The translations under genes were made by a program, and so were the position numbers. From Clostridiales bacterium (lineage in GTDB: Bacteria > Bacillota > Clostridia > Christensenellales > Aristaeellaceae): a stretch of 64,000 nt of DNA. The notes below the pieces were generated by a model, which was not told the origin of the DNA, did no database searches, and saw only the letters and a program-made list of their open reading frames with translations. The stretch is from contig SFJH01000004.1 in assembly GCA_004555155.1 (NCBI GenBank), positions 28,586 to 92,585 on the forward strand, written 5' to 3'. How positions within the stretch are numbered: position 1 is the first letter of the stretch; every line of letters starts with the position of its first letter. Positions 36,974 through 45,566 of this stretch are shown piece by piece.

Positions 36974-37927
36974 ATGCTGAAAGTTGCAATGCTGGGTATG
37001 GGCGGCATCAGCGGCGCGCACCGCGGCGCCTGGAAGGAGATCCCGGAGGCGAAGGTCATCGCCGTGTGCGATATCCGCCCCGAAAAGGCCGACGCCGCCG
37101 CCGAGGACATGGGCGCGAAGGCGTACTATGCGTTTGAAGACATGATGGCGGCGGAGAAGTTCGATATTCTGGACATCTGCCTGCCGACGTATCTCCATGC
37201 CGACTATACCGTCAAGGCGCTCAACGCCGGCGTGCATGTGCTGTGCGAAAAGCCCATCTCGCTGAAGATCGAGGACGTGGACCGCGTGTACGACGCGGCG
37301 AAGAAGAACGGCAAGTGCGTGATGATCGCCCAGGTCGTGCGCTTCTGGCGCGAGTATCTGGTGCTGAAGGACGCCTATGACACCGGCAAGTACGGCCGCC
37401 TCCTCAGCGGACGCATGACTCGCCTGGGCAATACCCCCAAGGCCAGCTGGGACGGCTGGATGCGCGATCCCGAGCGCAGCGGCCTGGTGCCCTTCGATCT
37501 GCACATTCATGACCTGGATTACATGATCTATACCTTCGGCAAGCCCGAGAAGATGACCCGCTTCCGCGCCGGTACGCCCACGCAGGATTACTTCGAGGCC
37601 ATCTATCAGTATCCGGATTTCTTCATCTCCGCCGAGGCGGCGTGGTTCGACTGCGACTATCGCTTCCAGAGCGCCTTCCGCTTCCAGTTTGAGAAGGCGG
37701 TGCTGGAGTTCAAGGACGGCAAGCTGACCATCTTCAACCAGAATGGCAACGTCGAGAGCCCCGACGACCAGAAGGCCGAGGAGGGCGACGGCTATGTGCC
37801 CAAGACCAACGCCTACTACGAGGAGATCCGCTACTTCGTGGATTGCGTGCTCGCCGGCAAGCCCTGCGACAAGGTCAAGCCCGAGGAGCTCAAGACGGTG
37901 CTCGATCTCATCGACCAGCTTGCGTGA
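36974..37927 (+). CDS. Gfo/Idh/MocA family oxidoreductase
   Basis: 317 aa. Rossmann N-terminus MLKVAMLGMGGISGAH .. and the CEKP motif (LCEKPISL). Confidence 0.85.
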   Translation: MLKVAMLGMGGISGAHRGAWKEIPEAKVIAVCDIRPEKADAAAEDMGAKAYYAFEDMMAAEKFDILDICLPTYLHADYTVKALNAGVHVLCEKPISLKIEDVDRVYDAAKKNGKCVMIAQVVRFWREYLVLKDAYDTGKYGRLLSGRMTRLGNTPKASWDGWMRDPERSGLVPFDLHIHDLDYMIYTFGKPEKMTRFRAGTPTQDYFEAIYQYPDFFISAEAAWFDCDYRFQSAFRFQFEKAVLEFKDGKLTIFNQNGNVESPDDQKAEEGDGYVPKTNAYYEEIRYFVDCVLAGKPCDKVKPEELKTVLDLIDQLA

Positions 37928-37940
37928 GATCCGACTGGAG

Positions 37941-37980
37941 AAAACCCTTTCTTTGGAAAAAGAAAGGGTTTTCTGTGGTT
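37941..37980 (+). terminator. terminator hairpin after the oxidoreductase gene
   Basis: aaaaccctttcttt-ggaa-aaagaaagggtttt (14 bp), with a U-rich 3' arm. Confidence 0.6.
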
Positions 37981-38122
37981 CTGCGGGAGAAAAATGATCC
38001 ATGGGCACCCGGAGAGAGCGCTCAGCACAAACAGGCTGCGCCGCCCGGCGAATGGCGTACAGGGCGGCGCAGCTTTGTGGAAATATGTTAACGGAGCCAG
38101 CGGCGTCCGGGATTGTCGGAGG

Positions 38123-38767
38123 TCAGCGGGTTTTGAGCGCGGCGGCGATGCGCTGCATCTCCAGGTCGAGGGCGGCGGACTGATCGGCGCAGCGTTTGAG
38201 GCGTTTTTTCAGGGAGACGGCGGCTTCGGAGTCGTTTTTGTAGCGCAGCTGATGCTCCAGGCTGGCCCAGAAATCCATGGCGATGGTGCGGATCTGAATC
38301 TCCACCGGCACCAGTTCGGTGTGGCTGGAGAGATAGACCGGCACGCGCACCACCAGATGCAGGCTCCGGTAGCCGTTGGGCTTGGGGTTTTCGATGTAAT
38401 CCTTTTGACGAACCAGCTCAAGATCCGGCTGACGGGTGATCATGCCGGCCAGGCGATAGATATCGTCGATGTAATTGCAGATAATGCGCACGCCTGCGAT
38501 ATCCTGCAGGTGCGCCTCCGCGGACTCCACGGACACGGGCCAGCCCTTGCGCTCCAGCTTTTCCACGATGCTGGCGGGCGATTTCAGGCGGCTGTCGATG
38601 TGGTGGATGGGGTTGCTGGCGTAGTAGATGCTGAATTCGCGATCCAGGATTTCCAGCCGGGTGCGGATCTCACGGATGGCCGCATCGTAGAGATGGGACA
38701 TCTCGAGAAACGCCTGCTGGATTTCATAGTCGCCGGTCATTCTGGTCAATGCTGTCTGCGTATCCAT
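38123..38767 (-). CDS. small alarmone synthetase (RelA/SpoT-domain GTP pyrophosphokinase, RelP/RelQ-like)
   Basis: Track ORF is 38123..38860. I prefer the ATG at 38767, which follows AAGGAG. SRLKSPASIVEKL, DIAGVRIICNY, GYRSLHLVV, EIQIRTIAMDFWASLEH. Confidence 0.85.
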   Translation of the reverse strand: MDTQTALTRMTGDYEIQQAFLEMSHLYDAAIREIRTRLEILDREFSIYYASNPIHHIDSRLKSPASIVEKLERKGWPVSVESAEAHLQDIAGVRIICNYIDDIYRLAGMITRQPDLELVRQKDYIENPKPNGYRSLHLVVRVPVYLSSHTELVPVEIQIRTIAMDFWASLEHQLRYKNDSEAAVSLKKRLKRCADQSAALDLEMQRIAAALKTR

Positions 38768-38924
38768 GATGCACTCCTTTCCTGTAAAGTATTGTAGCGC
38801 GGAAATATCAACGCAATATAAACAGGCTGTGAACGATTTCGCGGTAAAGCGGGCTCGCAATTCTGCGGAAAAGTGTTTATAATGAGTTTATACAGCTGTG
38901 GCAGAATAAAATGGAGGTGAGAGC

Positions 38925-39599
38925 ATGTTTCACATTCTGGTGGTTGAAGACAACGCGAACACGCGCAAGCTGATGGAAGCGGTGCTGCTTCAGAATGGCT
39001 ACGAGCCCGTGCTGGCCTGCGATGGGGTGGAGGCGCTGGAGATTCTGGACAGAAAGCACATCGATCTGATCGTGCTGGACATCATGATGCCCAGAATGGA
39101 CGGCTATGAGTTTACGGAAACGCTGCGCGCGTCCGGCTGCGAGCTGCCGATTCTGATGGTCACCGCCAAGGAAAAGCCGGCGGACAAGCACAAGGGCTTC
39201 CTGATCGGCACCGACGATTATATGGTGAAGCCCGTGGACGAGGAGGAGATGATCCTGCGCATTGCGGCGCTGCTCAGGCGGTCGAAGATCGTCAACGAGC
39301 ACCGGCTCGCGGTGGGCCAGACCGTGCTGGATTACGATTCCCTGTCCGTCAGCGCGAATGGAAATACGACGGAGCTGCCCAAGAAGGAGTTTCTGCTGCT
39401 GTTCAAGCTGCTGTCCTATCCGAACAAGATCTTCACCCGCCGCCAGCTGATGGATGAGATCTGGGACATGGACAGCGATACCGATGAGCGCACGGTGGAC
39501 GTTCACATCAACCGCCTGCGCGACCGCTTCCGTGCCAACGCCGATTTCGACATCGTGACCGTGCGGGGCCTGGGCTACAAGGCGGTGAAGCGCGCATGA
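38925..39599 (+). CDS. OmpR-family response regulator
   Basis: 224 aa. Receiver domain (ILVVEDN .. DLIVLDIMMPRMDG .. ILMVTAK) plus wHTH (..VDVHINRLRDRF .. IVTVRGLGYKA). Confidence 0.9.
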   Translation: MFHILVVEDNANTRKLMEAVLLQNGYEPVLACDGVEALEILDRKHIDLIVLDIMMPRMDGYEFTETLRASGCELPILMVTAKEKPADKHKGFLIGTDDYMVKPVDEEEMILRIAALLRRSKIVNEHRLAVGQTVLDYDSLSVSANGNTTELPKKEFLLLFKLLSYPNKIFTRRQLMDEIWDMDSDTDERTVDVHINRLRDRFRANADFDIVTVRGLGYKAVKRA

Positions 39600-40648
39600 A
39601 GCGCGAGCCGAAGCATTCGTTCAACGGTCTGCTGCTGACCTATCTGCTGACCATCCTGATCATGTCGGGCGTGCTGACGGGTACGTCCTATATGGTCATG
39701 TTCTTTTTGGGATTCCTGCCGGGCATCCTGCTCAGCCATGTGGGATCGCCCTTTGGCATCATCGGCATGCTGATCGTGTTCGCGCTGGTGCTTTCGGTGC
39801 AGGTGGGGCGGTCGAAGTTCAAGCCGATCAACGATCTGATCCATGCCATGTCCCAGGTGTCCCAGGGGGACTTCTCCGTGCGCGTGGACGACGAGGACGC
39901 GCAGGGCGACATGGGCGATCTGGTGCACAGCTTCAACGACATGGCCAAGGAGCTGGGCAGCATCGAGATGTTCCGCAAGGACTTCATCAACAATTTCTCC
40001 CACGAGTTCAAGACGCCCATCGTGTCCATCCGCGGCTTCGCCAAGCAGCTGGAGCGCGACGATCTGACGCCGGAGCAGCGAAGGGAATACACATCGATCA
40101 TCGTCAGCGAATCCGAGCGCCTGGCGAACATGTCCAGCAACATCCTGCTGCTGACCAAGCTGGAAAATCAGCAGATCGTCACGGACAAGGTGGAATACCG
40201 CCTGGACGAGCAGCTGCGCAGCTGTATCCTGCTGCTGGAGAAGCAGTGGAGCGCCAAGGAGATCGAGCTTTCGCTGAACCTGGAGGAGACGCGGTTTGTG
40301 GGCAACGAGGAGATGATGTCCCACGTGTGGGTCAACCTCATCGGCAATGCCATCAAGTTTTCGCCTCAGGGCGCGCTGCTGGAGATCAGCTGCGAACGGC
40401 AGGAAGGAAAGGTGGTCGCCGTCATCCGCGACCACGGCGAGGGCATGACCGAGGCCACGCAGAGGCGCATCTTTGAAAAATTCTATCAGGGCGACTCCGC
40501 GCATGCCACGGCGGGCAACGGCCTGGGACTGTCGCTGGTCAAGCGCATTGTGGATCTCTGCGGCGGCCAGGTGCGCGTGGAGAGCCGGGTGGGAGAGGGC
40601 TCCGCCTTTACTGTCATCCTTCCGGACATGCCGGCCACCCGTGCCTGA
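39596..40648 (+). CDS. intramembrane-sensing-type histidine kinase
   Basis: 350 aa; the start overlaps the RR stop (ATGA). Two TMs are joined by a loop of only ~10 aa, followed by a HAMP-like segment, an H-box FSHEFKTPIVSI, and an HATPase domain (NLIGNAIKFS, DHGEGM, GNGLGLSL). Confidence 0.85.
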   Translation: MKREPKHSFNGLLLTYLLTILIMSGVLTGTSYMVMFFLGFLPGILLSHVGSPFGIIGMLIVFALVLSVQVGRSKFKPINDLIHAMSQVSQGDFSVRVDDEDAQGDMGDLVHSFNDMAKELGSIEMFRKDFINNFSHEFKTPIVSIRGFAKQLERDDLTPEQRREYTSIIVSESERLANMSSNILLLTKLENQQIVTDKVEYRLDEQLRSCILLLEKQWSAKEIELSLNLEETRFVGNEEMMSHVWVNLIGNAIKFSPQGALLEISCERQEGKVVAVIRDHGEGMTEATQRRIFEKFYQGDSAHATAGNGLGLSLVKRIVDLCGGQVRVESRVGEGSAFTVILPDMPATRA

Positions 40649-40787
40649 ACTGCGGCGGCATGAGACCGGATTCGCGCCGGATATCGGCGGGACGGCTCAA
40701 GGGAGGCAGCGCAGCGCGCGCGGCCGTCTGCCTTGGCTCAGAACGGAGCATGCTCTGCTGCATGGTGCGCAGTGAACCGGATGAAAA

Positions 40788-40830
40788 ATCCGCTCCCCGA
40801 TAGAAAGCGGGGAGCGGATCATTTTGTGTT
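40788..40830. terminator. bidirectional terminator between the kinase gene and the PG-binding protein gene
   Basis: aaaa-atccgctccccg-atagaaag-cggggagcggat-cattttgtgtt. Confidence 0.65.
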
Positions 40831-40855
40831 TGATGGGTGTTTGCAGAGGCGGGAA

Positions 40856-42760
40856 TCACTTCTTCAGCGCGGTGATGATCGCGGCATCCGCCACGCCGGT
40901 GACGGTCAGCCCCATGTCCTTCTGAAGCTTGCTGACGGCGTCCTTGGTAGCCGCGTCGTAAACGCCGTTCACGGTGATCAACAGGCCGTTCTGCAGCCAT
41001 TCCACAGAAGTCTTTTCGTCGTATTCGCTGCCGAATTCCTCCTGCATGGCGGCGACAAAGGCCTTCAGCTCTTCGTCAGTGATGGCCTGCTTGGGCTCAT
41101 CGGTAGGCTCGTCGGTGGGCTCATCAGTGGGCTCATCGGTGGGCTCGTCGGTGGGAGCATCAGTGGGCTCGTCGGTGGGAGCATCAGTGGGCTCGTCGGT
41201 GGGAGCATCGGTGGGCTCGTCAGTGGGCTCGTCGGTGGGCTCATCAGTGGGCTCATCGGTGGGCACGTCAGTGGGCTCGTCGGTGGGCGCGTCAGTGGGC
41301 TCGTCGGTGGGAGCATCAGTGGGCGCATCGGTGGGCGCGGGGGTGACCTCGGGCTTGGTGTACGTGAACATCTGCTTGATCAACGCGGCGTCGGCGGTCT
41401 TGCCGCTGCCGGTTTCACCGATGGCCTCGAGGAACGCCTTGACGGCCTTTACGGTGTTGCTGTCATAGACGCCGCTGGCCTTGGCGGTCATGAAGCCCAG
41501 CTTGCGCAGCTGATTCTGCATCTCGGTCACGCGCTTGCCGGTATCGCCCTTCTGCAGGGGGATGTACTGCTTGCAGGCGGGCGCGCCGGATTTGTCCAGC
41601 GCCTTGAGGGTGGCCGTGCCGGCGACGCCGTCCTGGGTCAGACCGGCCTGCTTCTGGAAGCGCTTGACGGCCGCCTGCGTGCGGGAGCCGAATTCGCCGT
41701 CAACGGGCTCCGCCAGATAGCCCAGCTCGCGCAGACGGGACTGGAGCTTCTCCACACGGATACCGCTGGAGCCCTTGCGGAGCGTGACGTAGGTCTGGAA
41801 CGCGGGCGCAGCGGTGGAGAACAGCTTCTCCTGAAGCGAAGCCGAGGCGACGCCGGTCTGGCTGACGCCGAGCGCGTCCTGGAAGTAGCGGACGGCCGCC
41901 TTGGTGGCGGAGCCGTATACGCCGTCCACGGCGCCGCAGCTGTAGCCCAGCTCGTTCAGACGGCGCTGCAGCGCCTTGACCGCCTCGCCGTGGTCACCGC
42001 TGGTCAGCGTGGAATAGGAAACGGCCGTGGGAGCGACGGTGGGAACGGGGGTGGGCGCAGTCGTGGGTTCAGCCTCCGGCGCGACATAGCGCAGGCTGCA
42101 CAGCACGGGCGTCAGGCCCTCGAAGTCGGCATCGGACTCCGTGCGAACCTCCTTGACGGTGAAGGGATACGCGGGCGCATCGGCCTCTTCCAGAACCTCC
42201 GCCTCGGTCAGCACCGCGCACAGGCCGCCCAGGCGCACATCGTCCTCGCCATAGAGGCCGAAGCCCACCAAGGTATCGCCGCTGAAGTCGGCGGCGTAGC
42301 GCTCGATGATGATGTAAGTGGAGCCGGGATCGGACAGCTGCATCAGATAGCGATCGCTGGCCGCATCGTAGTGCACGGAATAGTCGGCTTCATCGGCCGG
42401 CAGCTCCGGGAGCTGTTCGGCGCCGTCGAACGCGACGTTCAGCATCTCCGTCAGCATTTCCGGCGCGACGCTCATGGTCATGTCGGAGACGAAGACGCGG
42501 GGATCGTCCTGCATCCAGTTGACGCTCGTCAGATACAGCTGATCCCAGACGAACCGGGCGTCGTCCGCCGAATAGGCGACCTCGCCCTCAATGCCCATAT
42601 TCCGGGCAAAGCTGTCCAGCACGGGGATCATGCGCTCCAGCTTCTGCTCCGTGGTTTCTTCGGCGGCCGGGAAGCTCAGCGTGCCCTCTGCAAGGGCCAG
42701 CGTGGAGATCAGCAGCAGCGCCGAGATCACAATACATAAAATGCGTTTCACAGGAATCAC
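40856..42760 (-). CDS. secreted multi-domain protein with four peptidoglycan-binding (PG_binding_1-like) repeats and a PTD(E/A) linker
   Basis: 634 aa. Signal peptide (ILCIVISALLLISTLALAEG), a ~190-aa N-terminal domain of unknown function, and a Pro/Thr linker. Three PG-binding repeats follow (e.g. GDHGEAVKALQRRLNELGYSCGAVDGVYGSATKAAVRYFQ), then 20 PTDx units and a fourth PG-binding-like repeat. Confidence 0.8.
   Translation of the reverse strand: MIPVKRILCIVISALLLISTLALAEGTLSFPAAEETTEQKLERMIPVLDSFARNMGIEGEVAYSADDARFVWDQLYLTSVNWMQDDPRVFVSDMTMSVAPEMLTEMLNVAFDGAEQLPELPADEADYSVHYDAASDRYLMQLSDPGSTYIIIERYAADFSGDTLVGFGLYGEDDVRLGGLCAVLTEAEVLEEADAPAYPFTVKEVRTESDADFEGLTPVLCSLRYVAPEAEPTTAPTPVPTVAPTAVSYSTLTSGDHGEAVKALQRRLNELGYSCGAVDGVYGSATKAAVRYFQDALGVSQTGVASASLQEKLFSTAAPAFQTYVTLRKGSSGIRVEKLQSRLRELGYLAEPVDGEFGSRTQAAVKRFQKQAGLTQDGVAGTATLKALDKSGAPACKQYIPLQKGDTGKRVTEMQNQLRKLGFMTAKASGVYDSNTVKAVKAFLEAIGETGSGKTADAALIKQMFTYTKPEVTPAPTDAPTDAPTDEPTDAPTDEPTDVPTDEPTDEPTDEPTDEPTDAPTDEPTDAPTDEPTDAPTDEPTDEPTDEPTDEPTDEPKQAITDEELKAFVAAMQEEFGSEYDEKTSVEWLQNGLLITVNGVYDAATKDAVSKLQKDMGLTVTGVADAAIITALKK
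41093..41335 (-). repeat. 20 tandem 12-nt units encoding (P-T-D-E/A/V)n inside the PG-binding protein gene
   Basis: Plus strand reads gggctcatcggt / aggctcgtcggt / gggctcatcagt ... The translation is PTDAPTDAPTDEPTDAPTDEPTDVPTDEPTDE... Confidence 0.9.
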
Positions 42761-42899
42761 TCCATTCTGTTGGAAATCGTCCGCTCAATGGACTCGACTA
42801 TTAGATGCAGTTCGGGGCGAAAAGGTTCAATGTTTTTTGTGAATTTCAGGAAAGATTCTGAACTGTCATATTTTCCACATGATTCCTTTGCCTTCGCGT

Positions 42900-42928
42900 C
42901 CTTGCGAATGGAACGGGCGCATGCTATA
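42900..42928 (+). promoter_or_regulatory. sigma-A-type promoter TTGCGA-17-TATAAT (TG-extended) for the MreB-like gene
   Basis: ccTTGCGAatggaacgggcgcatgcTATAATgaag. Confidence 0.6.
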
Positions 42929-42963
42929 ATGAAGCGAATGTAAAGAATCCGGGAGGGAACAGG

Positions 42964-43992
42964 ATGCGCTGGGACGTGGGCATTGATCTGGGCACGGAAA
43001 ACGTGCGCATGGCGGTGTGGAAGGAGGGACCGGTGCTGGACGCGGCGGCGGCGCTGGCCTTTCGCGAGGGGCGCGATACGCCCGTCTGCTGCGGCGACGC
43101 GGCGCGGCAGCTCTATGGGCGCACCTGCGAGGGCATGTCCGTGGTCAGTCCGCTGCGCGACGGCGCGCTGGAGAACAACTTCATCGCCGACCGCATGTTC
43201 CACTGGCTCTATCGTCAGCTGGAGCTGTCCGGCCGCAAGCGGCGGTTTAACGTGCTGATCACCTGCGCGCCCTTTTCGCGCCCGGTGCAGCGGGAGGCGC
43301 TGCTGAGCGCGGCCATCGACGCGGGTGCGGCTGCAGCGGCGCTGATCCGCAGCGATGCGGCGGTGGCGCTGGGCGCAGGCCTGGATCTGAACGCGCCGGA
43401 GGCCAAGCTGCTGGTGGACGCAGGCGCAGGCAAGCTGTCCGCGACGCTGTTCACCTTTGGCCGCGTTGCAGCATACGGATATCTGCCCTATGGCATGAAC
43501 CGCATCGACGAACGCATCCAGCGCATCCTGCGCACGGACTGCGGCTATCGCATTGGCCGCAACGGAGCGCGGGAGATCAAGCATACGCTGGGCTCCGCGC
43601 TGCCGAAGACCGCGGCGGCGGATGTGATCATGCACATGACCGGCTTCAGCATGTTCGACCGGCTTCCGCGCAATTTCGATGTGGAAACCCGCCCGGTGCT
43701 GGAGGCCTGCGAGGACGTGATGCGGGAGCTGACGGGCCTTTGCGCCTCGGTGGTGGACAACGCGCCGGAGGAGCTCTCCGCCGACCTCAACGATGCGGGC
43801 GCGGTGCTGGCCGGAGGCGGCGCGGAGATGACGGGCCTGGACAAGCGCATCGGCGATGCGCTGGGCATTCCCTGCCGCCTGGCAGAGGCGCCGTCCACCT
43901 GCGGGATCCGCGGCGTATACCGGATTATGGAAAATCCCGATGATTACAAAGCCGCGTTCATGGATCAGAAGTTCAATGCGGCGTGGCGGTGA
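42964..43992 (+). CDS. divergent MreB/actin-like ATPase family protein
   Basis: 342 aa. The phosphate-1 motif is conserved (VGIDLGTENV). It is collinear with MreB (SPLRDGAL.., ..AAVALGAGL.., ..LAGGGAEMTGLDKRIG..), but phosphate-2 reads DAGAGKLS rather than the DxGGGTT I recall for MreB. Confidence 0.7.
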   Translation: MRWDVGIDLGTENVRMAVWKEGPVLDAAAALAFREGRDTPVCCGDAARQLYGRTCEGMSVVSPLRDGALENNFIADRMFHWLYRQLELSGRKRRFNVLITCAPFSRPVQREALLSAAIDAGAAAAALIRSDAAVALGAGLDLNAPEAKLLVDAGAGKLSATLFTFGRVAAYGYLPYGMNRIDERIQRILRTDCGYRIGRNGAREIKHTLGSALPKTAAADVIMHMTGFSMFDRLPRNFDVETRPVLEACEDVMRELTGLCASVVDNAPEELSADLNDAGAVLAGGGAEMTGLDKRIGDALGIPCRLAEAPSTCGIRGVYRIMENPDDYKAAFMDQKFNAAWR

Positions 43993-43998
43993 TCCGGC

Positions 43999-44706
43999 AT
44001 GAAGCGCGTGGTGCGCGCCGGAGACCGGCGCATTGAGTACATCCTGATTCAGTCCGTGCGCCGCGACGTGCTGCTGCAGGCGCTGCCCGAGGGGCAGACC
44101 CGGGTGTACGCGCCGAAGCAGATGCGGCTGAGGGACATTGACGAGACGGTTCGAAAAAACGTGGATGCGATCGAGCAGATGCACCGGACGCTGGATCGCC
44201 GGCTGGACGAGGAGCGGGCGAGCCATCCCGTGTCCGACGGCAGCCGGATTGCGGTGGAGGGCGCGCTGTTCACCCTTCGCCTGCACCGGGGACGGCCTCG
44301 GGCGGAATACGGCGACGGAGAACTGCATCTGTGGCTGATGGAGCCGGAACGCGAGGAAGCCGTGCGGGCGGCGCTGAAGTCCGCGCTGGCGAGCCGGGCG
44401 CTGGAGCGGATCCGCCAGCGGCTGGAGCTCTATGCGCCGCGCATCGGCGGCCAGTACGGCCGGGTGACCATCCGCGAGCAGCGCAGCCGCTGGGGCAGCT
44501 GCTCGTCGAAGCACAATCTCAACTTCAACTGGAAGCTGATCATGGCGCCGCCGCAGGTGCTGGACTATGTGGTGATTCACGAATTGTGCCATCTGCACGA
44601 GTTCAATCATTCCCCACGGTTCTGGCGGCTGGTGGAGAGCCAGATGCCGGAGTATGAGGCGTGGAAGAAGTGGCTGAAAGCGCACGGCGCGGAGTTGGGC
44701 GTGTGA
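43999..44706 (+). CDS. YgjP-like (DUF45/M48-type) zinc metallohydrolase
   Basis: 235 aa. C-terminal motif VVIHELCHLHEFNHSPRFWRLVE (HExxH). Confidence 0.8.
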   Translation: MKRVVRAGDRRIEYILIQSVRRDVLLQALPEGQTRVYAPKQMRLRDIDETVRKNVDAIEQMHRTLDRRLDEERASHPVSDGSRIAVEGALFTLRLHRGRPRAEYGDGELHLWLMEPEREEAVRAALKSALASRALERIRQRLELYAPRIGGQYGRVTIREQRSRWGSCSSKHNLNFNWKLIMAPPQVLDYVVIHELCHLHEFNHSPRFWRLVESQMPEYEAWKKWLKAHGAELGV

Positions 44707-44723
44707 GCATGGGAGGATCGGAT

Positions 44724-45509
44724 ATGAAATTTGGCATTTGCATCGGCTTTGACCGTTTGGATCAGATCGAAATCGCGGCGCGGAGCGGCGCCGACTACAT
44801 CGAAACCGGATTTGCGGCGATGACGCAGGCGAGCGATGCGGCTTTTGATGCGTTTTGCGAAGCGCTGACCCGATCCGGCGTGCGCTGCGAGGCGGCGAAC
44901 GGTTTTTTGCCGGGCACGCTTCGGGTGACGGGCAGCGGCGTGGACGCGGGCGCGCTGCGGGCGTTTATGGAGAAGGGCATGCGGCGTGCCAGCCGGGCGG
45001 GCATTCGCACGGTGGTGTTCGGCTCGGGCGCGGCGCGCAGTCTGGACGGCGATACGTCGTTCCGCTGGGGCTTTGAGCAGCTGGCGTCCTTCCTTCGGGA
45101 AATCGCGGGGCCGGCGGCGGCGGAGTACGGCATCTCCATCGCCGTGGAGCCGCTGTGTCCGGCGGAGTCCAACATCATCAATACGGTGAAGGAGGGCGCG
45201 ATGCTGGCGGCGGCTTCGGGTTATGCCAATGTCGGCGGCCTTGGCGATCTGTATCACATGGCGATTGTGAAAGACAGCTTCGACAATCTGCGCGCCCTGA
45301 AGGGCTGCCTGCTGCATGCGCACATCTCCAATCCTGCACTGGATTCGCAGCGCCCGCGGCGCTTCCCGGCGGACGTGTCCGAGTGGGACTATCGCGGATT
45401 CATCGAGGCGGCGGAGGCAGCCGGATGTCCCCGGTGCTCGGTGGAGGCCGGATGCGATGATTTCGCGGTGGAAGCGCCCCGCGCCATCGCCCTGCTGAAG
45501 AGCCTGTGA
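44724..45509 (+). CDS. sugar phosphate isomerase/epimerase (xylose-isomerase-like TIM barrel)
   Basis: Track ORF is 44661..45509. I prefer the ATG at 44724, which follows GGGAGGA. MKFGICIGF.., ISIAVEPL.., DLYHM.., HAHISNP. Confidence 0.75.
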   Translation: MKFGICIGFDRLDQIEIAARSGADYIETGFAAMTQASDAAFDAFCEALTRSGVRCEAANGFLPGTLRVTGSGVDAGALRAFMEKGMRRASRAGIRTVVFGSGAARSLDGDTSFRWGFEQLASFLREIAGPAAAEYGISIAVEPLCPAESNIINTVKEGAMLAAASGYANVGGLGDLYHMAIVKDSFDNLRALKGCLLHAHISNPALDSQRPRRFPADVSEWDYRGFIEAAEAAGCPRCSVEAGCDDFAVEAPRAIALLKSL

Positions 45510-45566
45510 GGGGCGGCTCGGCTGCCGAAAGGACCGGTTCACGGATGTTTTACGGCAAGCGTTTGA

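Noticed and set aside
41093-41335. Regular short repeats that could be mistaken for a CRISPR-like array.
   Set aside because: The units are 12 nt, contiguous with no spacers, in frame within a long ORF, and encode a PTDx linker.
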